Shown piece by piece: positions 54,845 to 63,516 of a DNA stretch of 64,000 nucleotides. Source of the stretch: Acidimicrobiia bacterium. Lineage in GTDB: Bacteria > Actinomycetota > Acidimicrobiia > IMCC26256 > JAMXLJ01. Below the pieces are notes generated by a model. The model was given only the letters and a program-made list of their open reading frames with translations. It did no database searches and was not told the DNA's origin. The translations under genes and the position numbers were made by a program. Each line of letters starts with the position of its first letter. Position 1 is the first letter of the stretch. The stretch is taken from positions 1,212 through 65,211 of the forward strand of contig DATBEZ010000038.1 in assembly GCA_036558745.1 (NCBI GenBank), read 5' to 3'.

Positions 54845-54886
54845 TTGGGACACGAACCGGCGCTCCGACACCGGATCGTGTCCCAA
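54845..54886. repeat. TTGGGAC...GTCCCAA palindrome family, copy 4 (same right arm as copy 1, two mismatches in the left arm)
   Basis: TTGGGACACGAACCGGCG-CTCCGA-CACCGGATCGTGTCCCAA, 42 bp, between convergent genes. It is flanked on both sides by CGCGCCAG (54837-54844 and 54887-54894). Confidence 0.85.
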
Positions 54887-54904
54887 CGCGCCAGGGTTCA
54901 CATC

Positions 54905-56698
54905 TCAGGTGATGCCGTCGGCGCGGCAGGCGTTCGCCGCGGCGCGCAGGTCGACGCTGAACTGGGGCGGCGGCTCCTCGTCGGACTGCAGGGCGCGCAC
55001 GACGACGGGGCTGCCCATCGCGCGGGTCGAGGTGCACGCCGCGAGGTCGGCGGACACGCGCCCGTCGGACACGAGGACCTGGCCGAGCACGTTGCGCCCG
55101 GTGACGAAGCCGAGCGCGTCCGTCGCCGAGCTCGGATCCGCGATCTTCGCGTCGGCTCCCGGGTCGCACGCGGTGAGCACGACGCGGCCTCCGATCGTCT
55201 CCACCCGGTCGACGCCGGCGGGCATCGACGTGAGCCACCGCTGCCACCCGGTGCGGATCGCCGCGGTGTCGCTGACGCTCCGACCCTCGAACGCGACGCG
55301 CAGGCACGACACCGTTCCGCGCTTGAACTCGACCATCGAGTCGCCGGCCCAGCCGTCCGCGTACTTCATCGCGTCGAGCGCCGGCAGCCGGCCCGCGAGG
55401 GTGAGGTACAGGTCGAACGCGCCGAAGACGTCGGTGTCGACCTTGTGCTCCCCCGGCCCCAACGCAGGCGTCGGAACCTTCACGGGATCCGGCGTCGCGT
55501 CTGCCAGCAGCGGCGCGTAGAAGTCGAAGTCAGAGCGGGGCGGGTCACGGAACGCGTCGTCGACACCGTTCGTGCCGTGCAGGTTCTTGATCGTGTCGAC
55601 CATCGGCTCGCCGAGCGAGTACGGCGCCTGCTGCGTCGCGACGAGGAACTCGGGCACGTCGCCGATGTCCTTGCCGATGTCGTCGCCCTGGGACGCCTGC
55701 GCCTTCTCGTACGCGGCGCGGTCGACGCTCGAGAGCTGATCCTTGTACTCCGTCTCGATCCGTTCGGCGTCGCCCTCGATGAGCGCGGTTCCGGCGAGCG
55801 CCGCCTTCGCCTTGTCGGCGTCCTTCCGGATGCGGTTCAGGTCGAAGTACTGGTCCTGGAGGACGTGGGTGAGCTCGTGTGCGATCGTCACGCGCGTGGA
55901 GACGTCCAACGCGGTGCCGCGCACCCGGATGCGCTTGGTGTCGGGGTCGTAGAACGCGAGCACGTCCGAACCCTGCAGCTCGTTGTTCGACCCGAAGAGG
56001 TCGACCTTGCCGTGCACGAGCCCGAGCGCGCGCAACTCGGCCTCCGCCTGCTGGATGTCGCGCTTGTCGGACGCGCTCAGCTTGCTGTCGTCGCTCGTGA
56101 CGAGCTTGCGAAACGCTGCGTCGGAGAGGAAGTCGACCGGCACCGCGTGCTTGAACCCGAGGCCGCGCAGCTTCGCCACCTCGTCGGCGATCGGGGCGAT
56201 CCGCGCGTCCCACTGCGCGGGATAGCTGTGTGACGGCGAACGGCCGACGAGCCAGTACGTGAGACCACCGGCGGCGAGCGCGAACGCGACGACGGCGGCG
56301 ACCACGGCGATCACGAGCGGGCGCCGGCCGCCCGGCCCGCCCGAGCCGGACGCGGGCATGAGATCGCTCGGACCACCGGCGGCGGGCGTGCCGGTGAGCG
56401 GGGGCGGGCTCCACGCGTTCCCGCCCGGCGGCGACCACGGGCCCGAGCCGGGCGGGGCCCATCCCGACGGGGCGGACGCGGACGGCGAGGGAGACGGCGG
56501 AGGCGATTCGGGCGGCTGCTGGGAGGGCGGCGCAGGCGGCGGCACGCTCCCGCCGACCGGCGATCCCACATGGGTCGCCGCCACCGCGCTCGGCTCCGAG
56601 GCCGCAGGCGTCTCGGCCCCCTCGATCGTCGCCCCACAGCGCCGGCACGTCGACCATGCGGCCGGGACCAGGAAGCCACAGCCAGGACAGGTCCTCAC
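54905..56698 (-). CDS. Membrane protein: N-terminal zinc ribbon, Pro-rich linker, one TM, extracytoplasmic domain with HExxH metalloprotease-like motif
   Basis: Track ORF. Has MRTCPGCGFLVPAAWSTCRRCG (CxxC..CxxC), a PPPAPPSQQPPESPPPSPSPS linker, the TM PLVIAVVAAVVAFALAAGGLTYWLV and, later, TIAHELTHVLQD. Confidence 0.7.
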   Translation of the reverse strand: MRTCPGCGFLVPAAWSTCRRCGATIEGAETPAASEPSAVAATHVGSPVGGSVPPPAPPSQQPPESPPPSPSPSASAPSGWAPPGSGPWSPPGGNAWSPPPLTGTPAAGGPSDLMPASGSGGPGGRRPLVIAVVAAVVAFALAAGGLTYWLVGRSPSHSYPAQWDARIAPIADEVAKLRGLGFKHAVPVDFLSDAAFRKLVTSDDSKLSASDKRDIQQAEAELRALGLVHGKVDLFGSNNELQGSDVLAFYDPDTKRIRVRGTALDVSTRVTIAHELTHVLQDQYFDLNRIRKDADKAKAALAGTALIEGDAERIETEYKDQLSSVDRAAYEKAQASQGDDIGKDIGDVPEFLVATQQAPYSLGEPMVDTIKNLHGTNGVDDAFRDPPRSDFDFYAPLLADATPDPVKVPTPALGPGEHKVDTDVFGAFDLYLTLAGRLPALDAMKYADGWAGDSMVEFKRGTVSCLRVAFEGRSVSDTAAIRTGWQRWLTSMPAGVDRVETIGGRVVLTACDPGADAKIADPSSATDALGFVTGRNVLGQVLVSDGRVSADLAACTSTRAMGSPVVVRALQSDEEPPPQFSVDLRAAANACRADGIT

Positions 56699-56803
56699 GA
56701 AGTCTCCTCGAGGTGGGTCGGCGGGCCGAGATTCTGTCTCGACGCGATGCAGCGACCGCTTGAGGCGACCGTCGGCACGCTCGGCCGGGCCGTGCCGGCC
56801 GCC

Positions 56804-59068
56804 TCAGGATGCCGCGTCGCGCTCGGCCCGCAGGTTCACCACCGCGGCCGGCTCCAGCAGCCGGTCCACCGTGCTCGCCGGCGCCGGCGGCGCGAAGTGC
56901 AAGCCCTGGGCCAGGTCGCAGCCGAGCGAGCGCAGCACCGCCGCCTGCTCGGGTCGCTCGACCCCCTCGGCGGTCACCCGCAGGCCGAGCGCGTGGGCCA
57001 TCGTGATGACGGCCTGGATGATCGCGGCGTCGGACGCGACCCGCTCGAGCCCCGCGACGAACGAGTGGTCGAGCTTCACCGCGTCGACGGGAAGGCGCTT
57101 GAGGTAGTCGAGCGACGCATACCCGGTGCCGAAGTCGTCGATCGCGACCTGGACGCCGAGGCTGCGGATCCGGTCGAGCGCGACGAACGTCCGCTCCTCG
57201 TCGGTCACGGCCGCGTGCTCCGTCACCTCGAGCTGCAACAACGCCGGGTCGAACCCGGTGTCGTGCAACGCGGTCTCGATCTCGTCGACCGCCTCGAGCT
57301 GACGCAGGAATCGCGTCGAGAGGTTCACCGAGACGCGCGGCGCGGCGACGCCGTACGCGTCGCTCCACCGGCGACCGTCCAGGCACGCGCTCCGCAGGAC
57401 GAACCGGTCGATCGCGACGACCAGGCTGCTCTCCTCGGCCAGCGGGAGGAACGCGTCGGGCAGGAGCAGGCCCCGCTCCGGATGGGTCCAACGCACGAGC
57501 GCCTCGAGCCCCACGAGCTCGCCGCCGCCCAGCGACATCTCGGGCTGGTAGTACACCGTCAGCTGGCCGTGTTGCACCGCGTGCCACAGCTCGGCCTCGG
57601 CTTCGAGCCGTTCCGCGACGCGGGGCGCGCGGTCGACGTCGAAGAGCTCGTACCGCGCCCGACCCTTTTCCTTGGCGACGTACATCGCGAGGTCGGCTTC
57701 GCGGAGCAGCTCGCCGGCGCCGGTCCCGTCGTCGCGCGACACCGCGATGCCGATGCTCGTCGTGACGAACAGCTCACGACCGCCGGCGACCACCGGCAGA
57801 CGCAGCACGTCGAGGATGCGCTCGGCGGTGCGGATCGCGTCGTCGACGGAAGGCAGCTGGTCGAGCAGGATCGTGAACTCGTCGCCGCCGAAGCGCGCGA
57901 CGAGATCGTTCGGCCGGACGCAGCGCCCGAGGCGGCGCGCCACCTCGACGAGGAGCCGGTCCCCGATGTCGTGACCGAGGCTGTCGTTCACGAGCTTGAA
58001 CCGGTCGACGTCGAGGAACAGCACCGCGATGCGCTCGCCCGCGCGCTCGGCCCGGGCCAGCGACCGGTGCACGCGGTCCACGAAGGCGCCCCGGTTCGGC
58101 AGCTCCGTCAGGAGGTCGTGGAACGCCTGGTGGCGCAGCTGCTCCTCGAAGCCGCGCCGTTCGGTGATGTCGCGCAGGTTGACGACGATGCCGCGCACGG
58201 CGGGATCGTCGAGGAGGTTCGTCACGCCGGCCTCGAACCATCGCCAGCGCTCACCCTTGAACGCGAGCCGCAGCTGCACCCGGTGCACCTGGCCCGGGCG
58301 GTCCGCGGTCCCCTGCACCACGCGCGCCGCGGCGAGATCGTCCGGCTGGGCCAGCTCGCGCGCCTCCAGGCCCACGACCGCAGAGACCGGGGCGCCGAAC
58401 ACCTGGGCGAAGGCGGGGCTGGCGTACGCGATGCGCGCGTTCGCGTCGACGACGAGGATGACGTCGGACGCGTGCTGCACCAGGGCCCGGAACCAGGCCT
58501 CGCTCCGTTCGGCGACGTCCTGAGCCCGTTCCTTGGCCCGCGTCTCCCACACGACGAGCCGGATGGTCACGGCGGCGCCGAGACCGCACAGGACCGCGAG
58601 GCCGTGCACGAGCGGCTGGGCGACGAGGCTGGGCGCGACGTGGAGCGCGATGGCGAGCTGGCCGGCGACGATGCAACACGAGGAGCAGACGATGGCCGGT
58701 GCCGCGACGGCGGCGCCGTCCCCGTCGAGGTTGTCGACCGCGCCGAACACATAGCCGACGGCGAGCGTGGGCCCCCACCCGAGCGCATAGATCACCGCGG
58801 TGATGCCCGCCATCTCGATGCCGATACGCAGCCAGAGTCGCCAGCCCCGAGCGGGTGACGGCAGCGAGGCCTGCGCGACCGTGCTCCCCCCGTACGCGAT
58901 GGCCATGAGCACGAGCAGCAGCCACAGCGGTGTGCCGGCCACGAGGCCGACGCGGTGACCGATCCAGAACAGCGGGAGGCAGAGCAAGGCCCAGAACGCG
59001 TTCGGCTTCCGTGTCGCCTCGCGCATCCGCGCGCGCCATCCCCGCCCTGCCACCCTCACGATGGACAT
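56804..59068 (-). CDS. Polytopic membrane sensor with PAS-GGDEF-EAL domains (second copy)
   Basis: ATG 59068 in track ORF 56804..59164(-). Has ~6 TM segments, a PAS domain and RFGGDEFTILL with the I-site RPND. The EAL domain shows EALVRW, EVTEHA, DDFGTGYASL, KLDHSF, EGVE and QGLHFAPP. Confidence 0.9.
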   Translation of the reverse strand: MSIVRVAGRGWRARMREATRKPNAFWALLCLPLFWIGHRVGLVAGTPLWLLLVLMAIAYGGSTVAQASLPSPARGWRLWLRIGIEMAGITAVIYALGWGPTLAVGYVFGAVDNLDGDGAAVAAPAIVCSSCCIVAGQLAIALHVAPSLVAQPLVHGLAVLCGLGAAVTIRLVVWETRAKERAQDVAERSEAWFRALVQHASDVILVVDANARIAYASPAFAQVFGAPVSAVVGLEARELAQPDDLAAARVVQGTADRPGQVHRVQLRLAFKGERWRWFEAGVTNLLDDPAVRGIVVNLRDITERRGFEEQLRHQAFHDLLTELPNRGAFVDRVHRSLARAERAGERIAVLFLDVDRFKLVNDSLGHDIGDRLLVEVARRLGRCVRPNDLVARFGGDEFTILLDQLPSVDDAIRTAERILDVLRLPVVAGGRELFVTTSIGIAVSRDDGTGAGELLREADLAMYVAKEKGRARYELFDVDRAPRVAERLEAEAELWHAVQHGQLTVYYQPEMSLGGGELVGLEALVRWTHPERGLLLPDAFLPLAEESSLVVAIDRFVLRSACLDGRRWSDAYGVAAPRVSVNLSTRFLRQLEAVDEIETALHDTGFDPALLQLEVTEHAAVTDEERTFVALDRIRSLGVQVAIDDFGTGYASLDYLKRLPVDAVKLDHSFVAGLERVASDAAIIQAVITMAHALGLRVTAEGVERPEQAAVLRSLGCDLAQGLHFAPPAPASTVDRLLEPAAVVNLRAERDAAS

Positions 59069-59190
59069 ATCGGCCGATTTCCGCTCGCGGTTGAACGACG
59101 GCCTCCGACGACCGACGGCGCGCACGCGGACCGTTCCCGCCGCGCGCGCGGGCAGGGGCGACAACGGGAGATGACGGTAGAGTCAGGTTC

Positions 59191-60600
59191 GTGACCTCCC
59201 CCGTGCGGATCCTGTCGGTCGGTGCCGCCTCGGCGGGCCTGCGACTCGCGGCGAGCGACGTGGCCGCGGCCTGGGGTCGCGCCGGCGGCCGCGGCCAGAC
59301 CGCGGTGTGCGCGCCCGACGAGGACGTGCTCACGCTCGCGGCCGAGGCCGCGGGGCGGGCGCTCGCCGCGGCCGACGTCGACCCGTCGAGCGTCGACGGG
59401 CTCTGGTGGGGCACGACCCGGCCGCCCTTCGCGGAGGGACCGAGCCACGCCACCCTCGCGGCCGCGATCGGGCTCTCGGAACGTTCGGGCGGCGCGCTGG
59501 GCTCGGGCTCGCCGCACGCGGGCGTCGAGGCCCTGCTCGGAGCGGCCGACGCGATCGCCGCCGGCACGGCGCAGCGGGCGCTCGTGGTCGCGGCGGACGC
59601 GGTCGTCCCCGGCCCGGGCACACCGTTCGAGAGCCGGGCCGGCGCGGGCGCCGTTGCGCTGGTCCTCACCGCGGGCGCGGGGCCCGCGGCGGTGGGCGCA
59701 CGGGTCACCCGCACCCGTCCCTTCCTCGACCGCTACCGCGGCGACGACGAGCTCGCGACCCGCGACGTCTATGACGCGCGCCTGTTCCGCGAGGAGGTGT
59801 TCGTCCCGCTCGTGCGCGAGGTCGGCGAGCAGCTCGGCTCGCTCGATGTGAGCACATGGTCGTTGCCCGATCCCGACGGACGTCTCGGCGCGGTGATCGC
59901 CAAGTCGCTCGGCGCGGGCGCGCCGACGTCGAGCGCGGTGTACGCCGCGGTCGGTGACACCGGTGCCGCCGCCGCGCTGCTCGGCGCGGCCGAGGCCCTC
60001 GACGCGCAGGGAACGGTCGGCCTCGTCGCGTACGGCGGTGGGCGCGCGACCGCGGTCGCCGTCACCGTCGAGTCGCCGGTTCCCGGTGCCGCAGCCGTCG
60101 CCGACGCGCTGAGCGGTGGCCGCCGCGCGAGTTACGCCGAGGTGCTGCGCTCCCGCGGCCAGCTCGTCGCGGCCGGCGAGACCGTGGCCATGGGCGTCCC
60201 GCCGGAGAGCGCGATGTTCGTGCGGGGCATGGACGAGATGCTCGGTCTGCTCGGGGCGCGGTGCGCCGACTGCGGAACCATCAGCACACCGCCGTCGATC
60301 CATCCGACGTGCGTGAGCTGCGGTGGCACCAAGCTCGAGCCCGTGGCGCTGGCGCGCCGGGGCACGGTCCACACGTTCGTCGTCAACCAGACGATGCCCG
60401 CGCCGTTCGTCGCGCCGCTGCCCATTGCAGTGGTCGACCTCGAGGACGGGGCGCGCGTGATGCTCCAGGTCGTGGGCGACGGCAGCGGGCTCGAGATCGG
60501 CTCGCCCGTCGAGCTCGTGCTCCGGCGGTACGCGTACGAGCGGGGCGTGCCCGTCTACGGCTTCAAGGCGCGTCCGATCGCGCCGGCGGAGGTGAGCTGA
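59191..60600 (+). CDS. Fusion protein: HMG-CoA-synthase-like (KAS-III fold) domain lacking the catalytic Glu/Cys/His, plus a C-terminal DUF35 Zn-ribbon/OB-fold domain
   Basis: Track ORF (GTG start). The N-terminal ~340 aa resemble archaeal-type HMGCS (RLAASDVAAAWGR, CAPDEDVLTLAAEAAGRAL, GDTGAAAALLG). The catalytic positions read GTTR, GSPHAG and WSLPD. The C-terminus has CADCGTISTPPSIHPTCVSCGG and an OB-fold (GTVHTFVV...GSPVELVLRR). Confidence 0.8.
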   Translation: MTSPVRILSVGAASAGLRLAASDVAAAWGRAGGRGQTAVCAPDEDVLTLAAEAAGRALAAADVDPSSVDGLWWGTTRPPFAEGPSHATLAAAIGLSERSGGALGSGSPHAGVEALLGAADAIAAGTAQRALVVAADAVVPGPGTPFESRAGAGAVALVLTAGAGPAAVGARVTRTRPFLDRYRGDDELATRDVYDARLFREEVFVPLVREVGEQLGSLDVSTWSLPDPDGRLGAVIAKSLGAGAPTSSAVYAAVGDTGAAAALLGAAEALDAQGTVGLVAYGGGRATAVAVTVESPVPGAAAVADALSGGRRASYAEVLRSRGQLVAAGETVAMGVPPESAMFVRGMDEMLGLLGARCADCGTISTPPSIHPTCVSCGGTKLEPVALARRGTVHTFVVNQTMPAPFVAPLPIAVVDLEDGARVMLQVVGDGSGLEIGSPVELVLRRYAYERGVPVYGFKARPIAPAEVS

Positions 60601-61778
60601 TGGCATGGAACCGGGTCGCGGTGGTCGGCGCGGGGCTGATCAAGTTCGGCGAGCTGTTCGAGCAGAGCTACGAGGACATGGCCGCGGGCGCGTTCAACGC
60701 CGCGGTCTCGGCGGTCGACAAGGGCTTCGACCCTTCACTCGTCGAGGCCGCGTTCGTGGCGACGCAGCGGGGCACGTTGTGGGGCCAAGAGGGCATCGGC
60801 GGCAACACGGTGCCGACCGCGATCGGCCTCGCGGGCATCCCGTGCACGCGTGTCGAGAACGCCTGCCCGTCGGGCTCCGACGCGTTCCGCGTGGGTGCGA
60901 TGGCGGTCGCGAGCGGGGTCCACGACGTCGTGCTCGTCATCGGTGTCGAGAAGATGCGAGACAAGTCGACCGAGGAGGGACTGCTGTCGCGCGCGGCTGC
61001 GGGCCACCCGATCTACACCCGCGGTGAGACCGCGCCGGTGCTCTTCGCCCCGTTCGCGACGCGCCACATGCACGAGTTCGGCACGACCCGGGAGATGCTC
61101 GCGTCGGTCGCGGTGAAGAACCATCACAACGGCGCGCTCGACCCGTACGCGCACTTCCAGAACGAGATCACCGTCGACGACGTGCTCAAGGCACCGGCGG
61201 TGTGCACGCCCCTGCACCTCTTCGACTGCTGCCCGCAGACCGACGGCGCCGCCGCGACGTTGCTCGTCAACGCCGACCGGGCCGGCGAGTTCACCGACAA
61301 GCCCGTCTACGTCGCCGGCTTCGGCGTCGCCACCGACCACCCGTACCTGCACGAGAAATCGAGCTTCGTGGGGCTCAAGGCGACGACGCTGGCCTCGGAG
61401 CGGGCGTACAAGATGGCCGGGATCGAGCCGGGCCAGGTCGATGCGGCCGAGGTGCACGACTGCTTCACGATCACGGAGATCCTCGACATCGAGGACCTCG
61501 GCTTCGTCGACAAGGGCAAGGGCGGCGTCGCGTCGCTCGACGGCGAGACGTCGCTGACGGGCCGGATCCCGATCAACACGTCGGGCGGGCTGCTGGCCAA
61601 GGGTCACCCGATCGGCGCGACCGGCGTCGCGCAGCTCACGGAGTGCTGGTGGCAGCTGCGGGGCGAGGCCGGCCAACGCCAGGTCGAGATGCGCAACGGC
61701 TACGCGCTGCAGCACAACGTCGGCGGGCGCGGATCCGGGGTCTCCGTCGTCAACATCCTGACGAACCACAACCCGTGA
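60600..61778 (+). CDS. SCP-x/archaeal-type thiolase (acetyl-CoA C-acyltransferase-like), catalytic residues intact
   Basis: ATG 60600 overlaps the upstream TGA (TGATG). Has VAVVGAGLIKFG, the ENACPSGSDAF nucleophile Cys, INTSGGLLAKGHPIGATG and HNVGG. Confidence 0.9.
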   Translation: MAWNRVAVVGAGLIKFGELFEQSYEDMAAGAFNAAVSAVDKGFDPSLVEAAFVATQRGTLWGQEGIGGNTVPTAIGLAGIPCTRVENACPSGSDAFRVGAMAVASGVHDVVLVIGVEKMRDKSTEEGLLSRAAAGHPIYTRGETAPVLFAPFATRHMHEFGTTREMLASVAVKNHHNGALDPYAHFQNEITVDDVLKAPAVCTPLHLFDCCPQTDGAAATLLVNADRAGEFTDKPVYVAGFGVATDHPYLHEKSSFVGLKATTLASERAYKMAGIEPGQVDAAEVHDCFTITEILDIEDLGFVDKGKGGVASLDGETSLTGRIPINTSGGLLAKGHPIGATGVAQLTECWWQLRGEAGQRQVEMRNGYALQHNVGGRGSGVSVVNILTNHNP

Positions 61779-61819
61779 CCGCCCCCGAAGACGGCGCGTT
61801 GGGACGGGGAGGGTCGACC

Positions 61820-62617
61820 GTGACGGTCCGGGTCGAGACCGGCGACGACCACGTCTGCCGGATCGCCCTCGACCGTCCCGAGGCCAAGAACGCGCTCTCG
61901 ATCGAGATGCGCGACACGATCGTCGACGCGGTGCGCGCCGCACGCGCCGATCCGAACGTGCGCGCCCTGCTCATCACCGGCGTGGGCGACGCGTTCTGCG
62001 CGGGGATGGACCTCGGCGCCTCCACGGTCGCCCGGGCCGGCGGCGGTGAGTTCGACACCCGATCGACGTCGGAGGCGCTGCGCGTCGGCGTGCAGGCGTT
62101 CATCCGCGAGCTGTGGGAGCTCGACAAGCCGACGGTGGCCGCGGTCAACGGTGTCGCCGTCGGTCCCGGCGCCCACCTCGCGCTCGCGTGCGACTTCGTG
62201 CTCGTGCACGACCGCACCCGGTTCCTGTGGTCGTTCGCGAAGTGGGGACTGGTCGTCGACGCGGGTGGCGCGTACCTGCTGCCGCGCCTCGTCGGTCTGC
62301 CTCGCGCGAAGGCGATGGTGATGCTCGGCGAGGGTGCGACCGGTGCCGAGGCGGTCGAGCTCGGTCTCGCCTACCGCTGCGTCGCGCCCGACGCGCTCGA
62401 CGCCGAGGCGAACGCGCTCGCGGCGAAGCTCGCCTCGGGTCCGACCCGCTCGCTCGGCCTGTCGAAGCGGCTCCTCAACGCGAGCTTCGAGACCGACCTC
62501 ACGCGCTCGCTCGAGCAGGAGGGCGCGGCGCAGTCGCTCGCGACGACGTCGTCGGATCTCGTCGAGGGCATGGCCGCGTTCAAGGAGCGTCGCGACCCGA
62601 GGTTCACCGGCCACTGA
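61820..62617 (+). CDS. Enoyl-CoA hydratase/isomerase (crotonase) family protein
   Basis: In the frame of track ORF 61202..62617. GTG 61820 is preferred (GGGGAGGG 6 nt upstream); the alternative GTG 61775 lies in a GTGA overlap with the thiolase stop. Reads ITGVGDAFCAGMDL and AAVNGVAVGPGAHLALACD. Confidence 0.88.
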   Translation: MTVRVETGDDHVCRIALDRPEAKNALSIEMRDTIVDAVRAARADPNVRALLITGVGDAFCAGMDLGASTVARAGGGEFDTRSTSEALRVGVQAFIRELWELDKPTVAAVNGVAVGPGAHLALACDFVLVHDRTRFLWSFAKWGLVVDAGGAYLLPRLVGLPRAKAMVMLGEGATGAEAVELGLAYRCVAPDALDAEANALAAKLASGPTRSLGLSKRLLNASFETDLTRSLEQEGAAQSLATTSSDLVEGMAAFKERRDPRFTGH

Positions 62618-62620
62618 TCG

Positions 62621-62666
62621 CTCTGGAGTCGATTCACCCGGCCCCGTCCAGGAATCGACCCCAGAG
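62621..62666. terminator. Hairpin between convergent genes (15-bp stem with one mismatch, 16-nt loop), candidate bidirectional terminator
   Basis: CTCTGGAGTCGATTC-(16 nt)-GAATCGACCCCAGAG. It lies between stop 62617(+) and stop 62669(-). Confidence 0.45.
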
Positions 62667-62668
62667 TG

Positions 62669-63496
62669 CTACCAGAGCTCGTCGACGTAGCGGTCGGTGC
62701 CGATGTCGGTCCGGAAGAACGGCGCGACGAGGCGCGTGTCGCCGAGACCCGACTTCTCGACCGCGTCGGTGTAGCGGTGGAATCGGTCCAGCGTGTCGCG
62801 CACGTCCCCGGTGACGAAGAACAGCTGGCACACGCGCTCGGGGCCGCCGGCGCGTGACCCCAGGTCCATGGGGACGTCCTTCTCGTCGTTCTCGCCGCCC
62901 GACGGCGTCCACGAGCTCGCGATCTCGATCGACGATCCGTCGAGCAGCTCGGGCAGCAGGTCCTTCGCGACCCGCTCGTGGAACGCGGGCGCGTCCATCC
63001 CGCGCGCGTCGAACCACGCCGCGACCAGACCGTCGTACCCGTGGTCGAGCGCGAGCGCGACCGGCACCGGGTCGTCGTCGCGGTACGTCGCGCCGACGTG
63101 GTCGAAGAGGACCGTGTGCACGTGCTTGCGCTCGGCGAAGCCGCGGCCCTGCGAATAGAGCTCGCGCACCTGCGGACGGGCCCACTCGTCGAAGTGGTCC
63201 ATGTGGTGGCCCTGCTCGACCCAGTAGATCGCCACGTAGGAGCCCGCGTCCGTCGGGTTGGCGACCGTCGTCCCGCCCGCCGGCCACCGCAGGTCCTTGA
63301 GCGCCCGCGTCGCGACCCACCGGCTGCCCGCGAACAGGAACGGGCCGATCATGCAGCCGGCGTAGTAGTGGTCCCGCTCGTACCAGCGGTTGTACGCACG
63401 CTCGAAGCCCCGGTTCGGATCCACGAGGGTCAGGAGCATGCTGCCGACCTTGATCGGATAGTCGTCGACACCACCGACGTCGAGCGGATAGTTCAC
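62669..63496 (-). CDS. Conserved hypothetical protein (no recognisable catalytic motif)
   Basis: Track ORF 62669..63511(-); GTG 63496 is preferred (GAGGGGAG 5 nt upstream). Strong coding character (MLLTLVDPNRGFERAYNRWYERDHYYAG...). The family is not recognised. Confidence 0.65.
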   Translation of the reverse strand: MNYPLDVGGVDDYPIKVGSMLLTLVDPNRGFERAYNRWYERDHYYAGCMIGPFLFAGSRWVATRALKDLRWPAGGTTVANPTDAGSYVAIYWVEQGHHMDHFDEWARPQVRELYSQGRGFAERKHVHTVLFDHVGATYRDDDPVPVALALDHGYDGLVAAWFDARGMDAPAFHERVAKDLLPELLDGSSIEIASSWTPSGGENDEKDVPMDLGSRAGGPERVCQLFFVTGDVRDTLDRFHRYTDAVEKSGLGDTRLVAPFFRTDIGTDRYVDELW

Positions 63497-63516
63497 GGCT
63501 GCTCCCCTCACCGGTT

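Noticed and set aside
61796-61807. GCGTTGGGACGG, identical to the left end of palindrome copy 2
   Set aside because: No matching GTCCCAA arm follows within ~45 nt. The stretch overlaps the SD/start region of the crotonase gene. This is most simply a chance match or a decayed half-site, so it is not counted as a fifth copy.
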